Assembly: GCA_020057885.1 (NCBI GenBank)
Contig: JAGVEX010000006.1
Coordinates: 23,850-87,849 of the forward strand
Length of the DNA: 64,000 nt
Direction of reading: 5' to 3'
From: a bacterium
Lineage (GTDB): Bacteria > Patescibacteriota > Patescibacteriia > Veblenbacterales > UBA10138
The position numbers and the translations under genes are program-made. This document shows, in pieces, positions 29,266 to 39,391 of the stretch. The notes below the pieces were generated by a model that saw only the letters and a list, made by a program, of their open reading frames with translations, ran no database searches and was not told where the DNA came from. Positions within the stretch are counted from its first letter, which is position 1; every line of letters begins with the position of its first letter.

Positions 29266-29349
29266 TCTGACGAGGCCAGATGCCCAGGCCTCCATTACGT
29301 TACAATTGCCATCCGCCACTGGTGGGTGGTTTTATGATAAACTAATATT

Positions 29350-32109
29350 ATGCCCAGTATTCCCAAATTGGTTATTTTTGACGGCAATGCGTTATTACAT
29401 CGCGCTTTTCATGCCCTTCCGCCATTCACTACCCGTGACGGCATGTTAGTAAATGCGGTGTATGGATTTACTACGATTTTTTTACGCGTGTTAAAAGAAC
29501 TAAAGCCGGAATATGTGGCAGTAACTTTTGATAGAAAAGAAGCAACCTTTCGCCACGAGGCTTTTAAGGAGTATAAAGCTCAGCGCGTTAAACAACCACA
29601 GGAACTTTATGACCAAATTCCCTGGATAAAAAAAATCATATCGGCTTTTCGTTTGCCAGTTTTTGAGATGGCAGGGTTTGAAGCAGATGATGTTATAGGT
29701 ACTATTGCTGAAAAAGTTGGACATACTACCGCGCCCATAGAAACTATTATTGTTACAGGTGATTTAGATACCCTACAATTAATTGATGATCATACTAAAG
29801 TTTATACTTTGAAACGGGGTATGAACGATACCATAATTTATGATGAGGCGGCGGTTAAAGAACGCTATGGTTTGCAGCCCGCACAATTAATTGATTTTAA
29901 AGCTTTACGAGGCGATCCCTCGGATAATATTCCAGGCGTTAAAGGCATTGGAGAAAAAACCGCTTTAGAGCTTATAAAAGAGTTTAACAGTATAAAAGGA
30001 ATTTATACCGCTTTGCATAAAAGTGATAGCGCATTTGAAAATTTTTCCGTCAAAGTAGTGGAACTACTAAAGAATTTTGAACCAGAGGCCGAGCTTTCCC
30101 AAAAACTTGTCACTATTGTAAGAAATGTTGAGTTTGATTTTAATTTGGATAGCTGTAAATTACAGGCTTTTGATAACGCTAAATTAGTGGAACTTTTTCA
30201 GCGTTTAGAATTTAAATCTCTACTGTCTAAAATTCCTGAGTTACAACAAAAATTAGAACTTAAATCTCCCAATGAATCCGGTGTCACAGCAGTTGGTCGG
30301 CCGAATCATGGAAAATATCATTTGATTGAATCAGAAACTGAACTGGGGGAGTTAGTAAATAAAATTAAGCACGCGGGTGAATTTACTTTTGATACCGAAA
30401 CCACTGCGCTTGATCCTTGGCAGAGTGAATTAGTGGGTATTAGCATAGCTGTTAAAGCTGGTGAAGCTTATTTTATTAAAAAATCATTAGTTATTTTAAA
30501 GAGTAAGGCTTGGGCAGAATTAGCAGCTTTATTTAATGATAAAAAAATATCCAAAATCGCTCATAATGCCAAATTTGATCTAGAGGTATTAAGAGCCGCC
30601 GGGCAAGAAGTGAGTGGTGTTTACTTTGATACTTTAATAGCGGCTTATTTAATAAAATCCGGTGAGCGCGTGCTTGATTTAAAATCACTTGTTTTTCAGG
30701 AACTGGGCGTGGAAATGCAAACTATTGAGGAATTGATTGGTAAAAAAGGCAAAGGGCAAAAAAATATGTCCGAAGTGCCTATAGCAGAAGTTACTCAATA
30801 TGCTTGCGCGGACGCTGATTTTACCTTGCGTTTGAAAGATAAACTAGAACCAGAACTTAAGTCTGCTAAATTATTGGAATTGTTTAATGAGGTAGAAATG
30901 CCTTTAGTGCCGGTACTGGCGCAAATAGAAGAAGCTGGTATAAAGATAAATACATCTTACTTAGCGGTGATGGAGAAAGAATTAAAAAACGAATTAGCTT
31001 CTTTAGAAAAACAAATACATAAACACGCTGGCCGAGAATTTAATATCAATTCTCCCAAACAACTTAAAGAGATTCTTTTTGACGAGCTTAAAATTTCTCC
31101 AGAAGGTTTGCGGCATACCAAAACAGGTGTTTCTACCGCGGCGGCGGAGTTAGAAAAAATGCGAGGACTTCATCCAGTAATTGAGTTGTTGTTTGGTTGG
31201 CGCGAACTTTCCAAATTACTTTCCACCTACGTGGAAGCTTTGCCCGAGTTGGTAAATAAAAAAACCGGCCGGGTGCACACAAGTTTTAATCAGACAGTCA
31301 CTGCTACCGGCAGGCTTTCATCTTCTGATCCTAATTTACAAAATATTCCTATTCGAGGCGATTGGGGCAAACGTTTGCGGCAGGCTTTTATAGCGGAAGC
31401 AGGATTTAAATTACTCTCAGCTGATTATTCGCAAATTGAACTGAGAATAGCCGCCCATTTAGCGCAGGATAAAAGGATGATTCAAATATTCAAAAATGGG
31501 GAGGATATTCACACTTCCACAGCCGCTTTTATATTTGGCATAGAGCCATCTCAAATTACACCAGACCAACGCCGTAGTGCCAAAGAAGTTAATTTTGGCG
31601 TGCTTTATGGCATGGGTGTATGGGGACTTTCGGAGCGCACCGGTATTTCACGCAGTGAGGCTAGCAGTTTTATTGATAGATATTTTAAAGCTTTTTCCGG
31701 AGTAGCCAAGTGGATTGAAGAAATTAAAATAAGCACGCGGGAGCAAGGATTTGTTACCACACTTTTGGGCAGAAAACGCAATTTACCGGAAATTAATTCA
31801 GGTATGCAGCAAGTGAGGTCGGCAGCTGAACGTATGGCTGTAAATTTGCCTATTCAAGGCACGGCCGCTGATCTTTTGAAAGTCGCTATGGTTAAGGTGG
31901 CTAAAAAATTGCCAGAAATATCCAAAAAAACTAGAATGATACTTCAAGTGCACGATGAATTAGTTTTTGAGGTGCCACAAAAGGATGTGGCCAAAGTTGC
32001 CAAGTTGGTTAAACGCGAAATGGAGCAGGCCATAAAACTCTCCGTGCCAATTGTGGTGGATGTTAAGGCGGGAGATAATTGGGGTGAGATGGAAGGCATA
32101 GCCTTGTAA
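29350..32109 (+). CDS. polA: DNA polymerase I (5'-3' exonuclease, 3'-5' exonuclease and polymerase domains)
   Basis: N-terminal LVIFDGNALLHRAFHAL; exonuclease motif FTFDTETTALDP; polymerase motifs RRSAKEVNFGVLYGMG and ILQVHDELVFEV. Confidence 0.9.
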   Translation: MPSIPKLVIFDGNALLHRAFHALPPFTTRDGMLVNAVYGFTTIFLRVLKELKPEYVAVTFDRKEATFRHEAFKEYKAQRVKQPQELYDQIPWIKKIISAFRLPVFEMAGFEADDVIGTIAEKVGHTTAPIETIIVTGDLDTLQLIDDHTKVYTLKRGMNDTIIYDEAAVKERYGLQPAQLIDFKALRGDPSDNIPGVKGIGEKTALELIKEFNSIKGIYTALHKSDSAFENFSVKVVELLKNFEPEAELSQKLVTIVRNVEFDFNLDSCKLQAFDNAKLVELFQRLEFKSLLSKIPELQQKLELKSPNESGVTAVGRPNHGKYHLIESETELGELVNKIKHAGEFTFDTETTALDPWQSELVGISIAVKAGEAYFIKKSLVILKSKAWAELAALFNDKKISKIAHNAKFDLEVLRAAGQEVSGVYFDTLIAAYLIKSGERVLDLKSLVFQELGVEMQTIEELIGKKGKGQKNMSEVPIAEVTQYACADADFTLRLKDKLEPELKSAKLLELFNEVEMPLVPVLAQIEEAGIKINTSYLAVMEKELKNELASLEKQIHKHAGREFNINSPKQLKEILFDELKISPEGLRHTKTGVSTAAAELEKMRGLHPVIELLFGWRELSKLLSTYVEALPELVNKKTGRVHTSFNQTVTATGRLSSSDPNLQNIPIRGDWGKRLRQAFIAEAGFKLLSADYSQIELRIAAHLAQDKRMIQIFKNGEDIHTSTAAFIFGIEPSQITPDQRRSAKEVNFGVLYGMGVWGLSERTGISRSEASSFIDRYFKAFSGVAKWIEEIKISTREQGFVTTLLGRKRNLPEINSGMQQVRSAAERMAVNLPIQGTAADLLKVAMVKVAKKLPEISKKTRMILQVHDELVFEVPQKDVAKVAKLVKREMEQAIKLSVPIVVDVKAGDNWGEMEGIAL

Positions 32110-32199
32110 TTTGTATGACAAAAATTTTAAAAGTGTTTATATTACAAATAAAAAAGGTAAACCCTGTGGTTTACCCCTACTAAAGTTTTATTCATTTGT

Positions 32200-32511
32200 T
32201 TAGGTTGATTTGTGGGTTGCTATTAGGCTAAATAATATAGCTATGTTAACTGAAAACAGCATCAGCATTATTAAGCCGGTATAAATTAGTGTAACAATAT
32301 CTGGTTCCAAGGAACTCAGTATAATTTGTTCTTTGGAAAATAGTGATATTATTAAAGGTGCGTGAGTGGACAACAACAATGTGGTTGTAAGTATGATACC
32401 GACAAAAGAAAATGCATAAGCCTCTGCTCTACTTTTACGCCAGAGACAAAAACCTCCACAAATTACAAAAATAAAATCTAGCACGAGCAACCATCTTATT
32501 AAATCAGACAT
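32200..32511 (-). CDS. Hypothetical small membrane protein (3 TM)
   Basis: Hydrophobic ORF; no family recognised. Confidence 0.4.
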   Translation of the reverse strand: MSDLIRWLLVLDFIFVICGGFCLWRKSRAEAYAFSFVGIILTTTLLLSTHAPLIISLFSKEQIILSSLEPDIVTLIYTGLIMLMLFSVNIAILFSLIATHKST

Positions 32512-32611
32512 GTGAATACCTCTTATTTTGTGAAAGAAAATTGTTTTATTTTTTTAGATTGTTTAGGCTTTAATATATCTTACCATTATTGTCAATATTG
32601 AGAGATAATTT

Positions 32612-33646
32612 ATGGCTAAAAAAGAGACATCATCAATTCAAAAGAAATTAGCCCCGATTCAGCTTTGGTATGGGGAAAATCAATCGCTATTAGCGCTTGA
32701 GGTGGCGCGCTGGCAGGCAGAATTTCGCAAGCGGCATCCGCAGGCCACGATTACGCGGCTGGAGTACACTTTGGGCAAGGCTAAGGAATTTGTGGCGAGT
32801 TTACATAGTGCGGTTTATGGCGGCGGTTTATTTACCGAAAAAAGATTAGTGATTATTTATGATGTTTTACAGGCCGAAGCAAAAAGCGAAACAGCTGATT
32901 TAATTAAAACTTTGTCCGCAATGCCGCCAGCAGGAGTATTTATTTTATTAATAGAAACTGAAAAAGTCAGCTGGTCAAAACCGTTTCCTTCGGCTATTCG
33001 TAAATTGGCCGAAGAAAAAATAATCACGCGCGAGTTTAGCAACTTAACGCCCCCCGAGTTAGAAAAATGGATTATAGCGCGCGCTAAGGTAGAGGGCGGC
33101 AATATGCCGCCAAGCGCCGCTCGTTTATTGGCCGCTTTGGTGGAAAATGATTTTTTTAAACTGTCGCAAGAAGTTGCTAAGTTGGTGGCTTATCGGGGAA
33201 AGGGTGAAATTAAAGCGGCTGATTTGGATTTATTAGTAACCTCAACCCTGCAGGACGACGTGTTTGTTTTTGTGGAAGCAGTAGGTAAGCGTGATTTTAA
33301 AGCGGCGAGCGCGGCACTAGCACGCCAGTTTGAGCAGGGCGTTACAGCGCAAAGTTTGGTGGGGCTTTTGGCCTGGCACTTGCGCGTATTAACTTCAGTG
33401 CGCTTAGCGCTTGATGAGGCTAAAACAAAATTATCGCCGCGAGAAATTGCGGGAGAGTTAGGTTTGCATCCCTATGTAGTTACTAAAGCCTTGCAGCAAA
33501 TTCCTTATTATTCGCAAGATCGTTTGCTTTGGCTTTATAGCGAACTTTCTGAGTTAGATGTACAACTAAAAACAAGCCGCACAGCACCGGAGGTTTTGTT
33601 TGGCTTGTTTTTGAGTAAACTAGCGACTTTAAAGCTGGCTAAGTAA
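32612..33646 (+). CDS. holA: DNA polymerase III delta subunit-like (HolA family)
   Basis: Size, position next to polA, and clamp-loader delta-like N-terminal pattern (LVIIYDVLQAEAK...LLIETEKV); assignment by overall pattern only. Confidence 0.5.
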   Translation: MAKKETSSIQKKLAPIQLWYGENQSLLALEVARWQAEFRKRHPQATITRLEYTLGKAKEFVASLHSAVYGGGLFTEKRLVIIYDVLQAEAKSETADLIKTLSAMPPAGVFILLIETEKVSWSKPFPSAIRKLAEEKIITREFSNLTPPELEKWIIARAKVEGGNMPPSAARLLAALVENDFFKLSQEVAKLVAYRGKGEIKAADLDLLVTSTLQDDVFVFVEAVGKRDFKAASAALARQFEQGVTAQSLVGLLAWHLRVLTSVRLALDEAKTKLSPREIAGELGLHPYVVTKALQQIPYYSQDRLLWLYSELSELDVQLKTSRTAPEVLFGLFLSKLATLKLAK

Positions 33647-33686
33647 AATTTAAGTTAGAAAATCGTCGCCTATTTCAAACAGTGAT

Positions 33687-33956
33687 TTAGGATTTTGAAT
33701 TTTTACCACGCAACGCTTTCATTAAGCGGGATTTTTTACGTGCGGCGGTATTGGCTTTTATAATGCCCTTTTGAGCGGCTTTATCCAAAGCCTTAATAAT
33801 ATTTTTTACACTTGTAGCCGCCTCTTTAGTATTGGCGGTGATGGCACGACGAGCTAATCTTGTTAAAACTTCTAATTGGGAAAGCACCGCACGGTTATGG
33901 GCAGTATGCTTTTTGGTTTGGCGTAACGCCTTAACAGCGGCTTGTTTATTTGGCAT
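33687..33956 (-). CDS. rpsT: 30S ribosomal protein S20
   Basis: MPNKQAAVKALRQTKKHTAHNRAVLSQLEVLTRLARRAI...; the ORF track starts 16 codons upstream. Confidence 0.85.
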   Translation of the reverse strand: MPNKQAAVKALRQTKKHTAHNRAVLSQLEVLTRLARRAITANTKEAATSVKNIIKALDKAAQKGIIKANTAARKKSRLMKALRGKNSKS

Positions 33957-34020
33957 AGAATTATTTAAGTAATAGTGAAGAGTAAGTGTAAGAGTAAAGT
34001 ACACGGTCTTAACAAAGTTG

Positions 34021-34470
34021 TCAACTTGTGGCCTTAACTTTATTCACCATTAAACTACTTTTATAAAGATGCGGCTTGTAAGCCCCAAGTCGTATAACTT
34101 TGGTTTTAAGACCAAAACGCTTTAAATCAGCCTTTAAATTTCTAGTTAAATATTTTTGATCGTACCCTAAACAAATAATGTCAGGGTTTATTTTTATTAT
34201 AACATCATAACGTTTTTTAAGATTGAGCGCTCCCAATTGAGCGCGGGTTACATAAGGCAAGGCACGAATACTTTTCAAACGCACTTTTTCAGTTTGTTGC
34301 GGCTGGTGCGATTTTTGTTTATCTACGTTTTTATCTCGCGCCACAATAACATAAAGTTTGGGGCCTAATTTTTTCGCCTGACTCAAAAACCAGCGGTGGC
34401 CAGGGTGAAGCATATCAAACACGCCGAAAACTAAGACTTTTTTGTGTTTTATGGGAGGGCCTTGACGCAT
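34021..34470 (-). CDS. Cytidylyltransferase-fold nucleotidyltransferase, RibL-like (FAD synthase-like)
   Basis: KKVLVFGVFDMLHPGHRWFLSQAKKLG...LYVIVARDKNV: HxGH motif and strong overall resemblance to archaeal-type RibL and glycerol-3-phosphate cytidylyltransferase. Confidence 0.6.
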   Translation of the reverse strand: MRQGPPIKHKKVLVFGVFDMLHPGHRWFLSQAKKLGPKLYVIVARDKNVDKQKSHQPQQTEKVRLKSIRALPYVTRAQLGALNLKKRYDVIIKINPDIICLGYDQKYLTRNLKADLKRFGLKTKVIRLGAYKPHLYKSSLMVNKVKATS

Positions 34471-34559
34471 ATTGGATTATCAGTTAAGGTGTCTTAATAA
34501 AATAAACTGAAAATAAAATTGCTATTTATCATTATATCTTTTTGAAAGGTTAAAACAAA

Positions 34560-35225
34560 ATGTCTAAAACTAAGAAGCTAGAAAAGACGATCCCCCGTGG
34601 TCGTATAGTTGTTATTAAAGGGAAGCCATATTGGTTTGTTACTGAGTCTCAAGAACGGCAGTTAATGAGTAGGGCAATAAACGATTTATTGACCAGTGGC
34701 TATGACCCGCATGCTGTTATAGCTATTACTAAAGGTGGCAACTTTGGTATGGATTTAGCTGATGATGTTCTTAATGTTCCTTATGCCTGTATCGCCTCCA
34801 AACATTATAAGAAGGGCAAAAAAGGACAGTTGGCTAAACAGGTGAATAAAAGAGTGAAACTGGCAGAGCATTTCTCAACAGTATCTAATCTTTTGAAGTT
34901 ACTTGAGGTTGGCAAAAGAGTTCGTTTACTTATCGTGGACGATTTGACGGATTGGGGTGATACTTATGTAAAACTGGAGTTTAAGCTCCGCCAACAATTT
35001 GGTCATCGTTTTGAGATGAGAACCTTATGTTTATGGAAAAAGGATCGCTCTACATTTCGCGCTGATTTTGTCGGCAAAGTTATTCACCGTCATAGGGCAA
35101 CTGGTAAATATCCTTGGATTATTACTACCGAAGATCAGCTTTTTGCTAATGCTGTTAAAGGTGTTGACCAAGGTTTACTCCGTCGTTACAATCGTCGGCG
35201 CAAAAAACACCAAATAATTATGTAA
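34560..35225 (+). CDS. Phosphoribosyltransferase-fold protein (type I PRTase-like)
   Basis: VIAITKGGNFGMDLADDV and LLIVDDLTDWGDT resemble the PRPP-binding motif. Confidence 0.5.
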   Translation: MSKTKKLEKTIPRGRIVVIKGKPYWFVTESQERQLMSRAINDLLTSGYDPHAVIAITKGGNFGMDLADDVLNVPYACIASKHYKKGKKGQLAKQVNKRVKLAEHFSTVSNLLKLLEVGKRVRLLIVDDLTDWGDTYVKLEFKLRQQFGHRFEMRTLCLWKKDRSTFRADFVGKVIHRHRATGKYPWIITTEDQLFANAVKGVDQGLLRRYNRRRKKHQIIM

Positions 35226-35264
35226 TATATTTTCAAAAAATGAGAACACAGGGGAGAGTTACTT

Positions 35265-37280
35265 TTATTTTCTAGTATCTCCCCTTTTATTTTTTTCAGA
35301 TAATTTTTTAATTTCTGTAATCTGATCGCGCAAAGCCACGGCGTGTTCAAACTCCAAATTTTGAGCCGCCAGTTCCATTTGGTTTTCCAAATCTTTTACC
35401 AAATGCGCTAATTCTTCGCGCGGTAGTTTATTAATAGATAAATCTTTTACCAAGGATACAATTTCTGGCACCTTAGCTCCGCCTGCTAAGCGATCACTGG
35501 AAATAGTTTTAATAATGGTGCTGGGAGTAATACCATGTTTTTTATTATAATCTTGCTGTATTTTGCGGCGTCTGTCAGTTTCTGTAATAGCTTGGCGCAT
35601 TGATTTAGTAATTTTATCAGCGTACATAATAATATGCCCCTCGCTGTGCCGAGCGGCTCGGCCCATAGTTTGTATAAGAGCGGTGGCTGATCTTAAATAG
35701 CCTTCTTTATCAGCATCTAATATAGCTATTAGTGAAACTTCGGGCAGATCAAGGCCTTCACGCAATAGATTTATCCCCACTATTACGTCATATTTTCCCA
35801 AACGTAAGTCGCGTAAAATTTCCAACCTGTCAAAAGTATCAACTTCCGAATGCAGATATTGCACTTTAATACCCTCATCTTGTAAATAATCAGTCAAATC
35901 TTCAGACATGCGCTTAGTTAAAGTGGTAATTAACACGCGCTGTTTTTTAGCCACCCGTTTTTCCACCTGCGTTACCAAATCATCCACTTGATGTTTGGTT
36001 GGTTTTATTTCAATAGTTGGATCAAGTAGTCCAGTTGGCCTGATAATTTGTTCTACTATATTTTGGGATATTTGACGCTCGTAGTCCGCTGGTGTAGCAG
36101 AAACATATATTAATTGATTCATTCTTTTATTAAATTCCCCAAAGGTAAGCGGACGGTTATCAAGCGCCGCGGGCAAGCGAAAACCATAGTTAACCAATGT
36201 TTCTTTGCGCGCTCGGTCGCCTGCTGACATGCCTGTTATTTGTGGTATGGTCATATGCGATTCGTCTATAAATACCAGAGCGTCTTTGGGCAAGTAATCA
36301 ATGAGAGTGTAGGGCGGTTCGCTTTTTTGGCGGCCGTCAAAGTAGCGTGAATAATTTTCAATGCCATTGCAATAGCCAACCGTACGTAGCATTTCCAAAT
36401 CAAAGTTTGTGCGTTCGCTTAAACGTTGCGCCTCTAATAATTTTTTAGCCTTGGTAAATTTTTTGACTTCCGTAGCCAAATCTTTTTCAATTTGTTTTAA
36501 AGATGGTTCAAATCGTTCGGCTGAGGCTACGTAGTGGCTGGCTGGATATACATCAATTTGGGGGAGGGCAGTTATTACTTCACTGCTTAAGATTTCACAT
36601 TCTTCAATTCGTTCAACTTGGTCTCCGGTATAGCGTAGGCGTAAATAACGATCTAATGAATCAGCTGGAAAAATATCCACTATTTCGCCTTTGACGCGAA
36701 AAGTGCCGCGGTGAAAATCAATATCATTTCTTTTATATTGCAGGGAGGTTAATTTGCGTAGTAATTTTTGGCGCGGCCATACTTCTCCGTTTTTTATGGT
36801 TAAGCGCACACGCGCGTATTCCTCCGGACTACCCAAGCCGTAAATACAAGAAACAGAGGCCACAATAATAGTGTCACGCCGTGAAAGTATGCTTTGGGTG
36901 GCGGCGTGACGCAGGCGATCTATTTCCTCATTTATCTGAGTTTCCTTTTCTATGTAAGTATCCGAGACGGGCAAATAAGCCTCAGGCTGGTAGTAATCAT
37001 AATAAGAAACAAAATAGTGTACAGCATTTTCAGGAAAGAATTGTTTAAATTCGTTGGCAAGCTGAGCCGCCAAGGTTTTATTATGAGAAATTATTAAAGT
37101 AGGTTTTTCCAATTCGGCAATAACATTGGCCATGGTAAAAGTTTTACCAGAGCCAGTAACGCCAAGCAGGGTTTGGTGGTGTAGATTATTCTTTAGCCCT
37201 TTTATCAAATTAGCTATAGCCTGCGGCTGGTCCCCGGTGGGCTTGAAAGATGATTTTAAGATAAAGCTTGCTTTGCTCAT
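35265..37280 (-). CDS. uvrB: Excinuclease ABC subunit B
   Basis: LLGVTGSGKTFTMANVI Walker A, helicase motifs, and C-terminal UVR domain ALRDQITEIKKL. Confidence 0.95.
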   Translation of the reverse strand: MSKASFILKSSFKPTGDQPQAIANLIKGLKNNLHHQTLLGVTGSGKTFTMANVIAELEKPTLIISHNKTLAAQLANEFKQFFPENAVHYFVSYYDYYQPEAYLPVSDTYIEKETQINEEIDRLRHAATQSILSRRDTIIVASVSCIYGLGSPEEYARVRLTIKNGEVWPRQKLLRKLTSLQYKRNDIDFHRGTFRVKGEIVDIFPADSLDRYLRLRYTGDQVERIEECEILSSEVITALPQIDVYPASHYVASAERFEPSLKQIEKDLATEVKKFTKAKKLLEAQRLSERTNFDLEMLRTVGYCNGIENYSRYFDGRQKSEPPYTLIDYLPKDALVFIDESHMTIPQITGMSAGDRARKETLVNYGFRLPAALDNRPLTFGEFNKRMNQLIYVSATPADYERQISQNIVEQIIRPTGLLDPTIEIKPTKHQVDDLVTQVEKRVAKKQRVLITTLTKRMSEDLTDYLQDEGIKVQYLHSEVDTFDRLEILRDLRLGKYDVIVGINLLREGLDLPEVSLIAILDADKEGYLRSATALIQTMGRAARHSEGHIIMYADKITKSMRQAITETDRRRKIQQDYNKKHGITPSTIIKTISSDRLAGGAKVPEIVSLVKDLSINKLPREELAHLVKDLENQMELAAQNLEFEHAVALRDQITEIKKLSEKNKRGDTRK

Positions 37281-37295
37281 AAGTTTTTTATAGCT

Positions 37296-37375
37296 CGTCC
37301 CTGCCTGCCGGTAGGCAGGTCGCCCCGTATAGTCCCGCCTGTGGCAGGACTTGTTCGGGGTCGCCAGTTGGTTTG
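37296..37375. repeat. GC-rich palindromic repeat (CCCTGCCTGCCGGTAGGCAGG plus second hairpin) in the uvrB/ruvA divergent intergenic region
   Basis: CCTGCCT/AGGCAGG stem; same motif family as 11143, 43283, 43328 and 43435. Confidence 0.5.
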
Positions 37376-37779
37376 AAGGGTGATTTTAGTTTGAAATTCA
37401 TATCTTCAGTATAGACTGTATTTTAAATTAAAAAAGCCGATATCTATATTATACAGATTTCGGCTTAGACTGTTTTGATAATTGTGGCGATCTTCATGAT
37501 TTTTTAAAAATAAATGAGAAAATAAATGACCAAATTCCACTACCAGATACAAATACAAGTGGATAGGACAACGATCGATCTATCCTTTCTTTTTTTGATT
37601 TAAAGGCTACAATGTAGATCGCTACACACAAAACAAGTACAATTATTGAGATTAAAGTCCAGGAGGACATATATTACCTCATAAGTGTTTAGTTTTTTAG
37701 GAACTCTGTTAGTTATATTTACAATTTAGTTCGTAGCTTCAGCTTTGTCAATAATTTAAAAACGAATTATAATTAGCTT

Positions 37780-38346
37780 ATGATAGCTCAAATTGCAGGT
37801 AAAGTAGTGGCCAAAACTATACGTTCGGTAGTGATAGATACCGGCGGGGTTGGTTATGAGGTTTTTTGCACCAAAGATTTAATAGCCCGCTTAGTTGATG
37901 GTACGACAGTTGGTCTTTTTACTTATCTTAATGTGCGGGAAGATTTGATGGAGCTTTATGGTTTTATCAGCCAAGCTGATTTGTTATTTTTTAAATTACT
38001 TTTAACTGTTTCCGGCGTAGGCCCTAAATCAGCTCTTAATATTTTAGAGGTAGCTAAACCAGAGGATATTCGGCGGGCAGTGGCGGCGCAGGATGCCAGC
38101 ATTTTGCATGCGGTGCATGGCTTGGGTAAAAAAACAGCAGAGAAACTAGTAATTGAATTAAAGGATAAATTAGAGGCCATAGAGCCACAAAGCGGATACA
38201 GCGACGATCAGGCAGTGCTAGAGGCGATTGTTACTTTGGGTTACTCTACTTCTGAAGCGAGAAATGCTTTGCAAGCTATTAAAGGTAAGGGCGATACCCT
38301 GGAAGAAAAAGTAAGAGCGGCGCTTAAGGCGCTCTCGCGCACTTAA
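37780..38346 (+). CDS. ruvA: Holliday junction DNA helicase RuvA
   Basis: MIAQIAGKV...VVIDTGGVGYEV...LLTVSGVGPKSALNIL...HGLGKKTAEKL helix-hairpin-helix motifs. Confidence 0.85.
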   Translation: MIAQIAGKVVAKTIRSVVIDTGGVGYEVFCTKDLIARLVDGTTVGLFTYLNVREDLMELYGFISQADLLFFKLLLTVSGVGPKSALNILEVAKPEDIRRAVAAQDASILHAVHGLGKKTAEKLVIELKDKLEAIEPQSGYSDDQAVLEAIVTLGYSTSEARNALQAIKGKGDTLEEKVRAALKALSRT

Positions 38347-38350
38347 AATT

Positions 38351-39382
38351 ATGGAGTTAAGAAATATTACAGCCGCCGAGCTGTCCAAGTTTATATTGGA
38401 ATATCCGCCATCGGGCGGTTTATTTTTGCAAACTCCCGCTTGGGCTAAATTAGAAAATAATTCCGGCGGCCAGACTGATTTTTTAGGTTTGTATGAAGGT
38501 GATTTTTTGGTGGGAATAGCCTCGATAATTTTTCGTAAGCTACCGGGTGGTTTTAAATATATTTATATTTCACGTGGTCCGGTAGTAAAAGAAAAAAAGT
38601 GTTTAAAATTATTTTTAGAATTGTTAGTAAAATATTATAAGGACAAAGGTTTTTTGTTTTTGAGAGTTGAGCCAGTTTGGCATAGTCATGAATTACACAT
38701 AGAGAATAATGATTTTGGGGAAAAAGATTTTGGTTTTAAAAAAGTGTCCGATGTTCAGCCCCGCGCCACAGTAATTTTGGATTTGACACATCCCGAAGAA
38801 AGATTACTCTCAGCTATGCATGAAAAAACTCGTTACAACATTAGGTTGGCATTAAAAAAAGGTTTGGAAACTAGTTTGATTGGCAGAGAGGGGTTAGCTG
38901 ATTTTTGGAACTTGCTTAAAACTACAGCTGGTCGCGATGGTTTTGCCACCCATCCTAAGAGTCATTACGAGGCCTTGCTTGTTAACTTTGGCGCTGAGCC
39001 GCTAGTGCAAGGTGAGCTAGCAGTTCGTTTAGTTGAAGTGCGTTGGCAAGGCAAACTTTTAGCTAGCAATATGTTGGCTTTTTCCAACGGCGTCGTGACT
39101 TACTTGCACGGCGCTTCGTCTAATGAACACCGTGAGCTTATGCCAACTTACTTTTTGCATTGGCGCACCATACAGCAGGCCCAAGGACTTAATTTTAAAT
39201 TTTATGATTTGTGGGGTGTGGCACCAAGTGATGGCTCTAAAAGTTCTTGGCAGGGCATTACGCGTTTTAAGCTTGGTTGGGGCGGTAAGAGAGTTGAATA
39301 TTCGGGCACTTTTGATTTTCCCTATAAAAATACTACCTATTATTTATATCGTCTTGTTAATAAACTGCGCAGATTATTTTAA
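38351..39382 (+). CDS. FemAB-family peptidoglycan aminoacyltransferase
   Basis: Two GNAT-like halves; GFKYIYISRGPVV and LHGASSNEHRELMPTYFLHW resemble FemX/MurM family. Confidence 0.65.
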   Translation: MELRNITAAELSKFILEYPPSGGLFLQTPAWAKLENNSGGQTDFLGLYEGDFLVGIASIIFRKLPGGFKYIYISRGPVVKEKKCLKLFLELLVKYYKDKGFLFLRVEPVWHSHELHIENNDFGEKDFGFKKVSDVQPRATVILDLTHPEERLLSAMHEKTRYNIRLALKKGLETSLIGREGLADFWNLLKTTAGRDGFATHPKSHYEALLVNFGAEPLVQGELAVRLVEVRWQGKLLASNMLAFSNGVVTYLHGASSNEHRELMPTYFLHWRTIQQAQGLNFKFYDLWGVAPSDGSKSSWQGITRFKLGWGGKRVEYSGTFDFPYKNTTYYLYRLVNKLRRLF

Positions 39383-39391
39383 GATTTAATT

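Noticed and set aside
28727-29297. Split or intron-containing tRNA formed by GGCCTGGTAGCTCA at 28727 and CCAGGCCTCCA at 29287
   Set aside because: The sequence after the 5' piece does not form a D-arm or anticodon stem and no group I intron core motifs (P7, G-binding site) were seen; kept only as an observation within the repeat finding.
29038-29319. ORF 29038-29319 (minus)
   Set aside because: Antisense to tRNA-Cys and the downstream repeat units.
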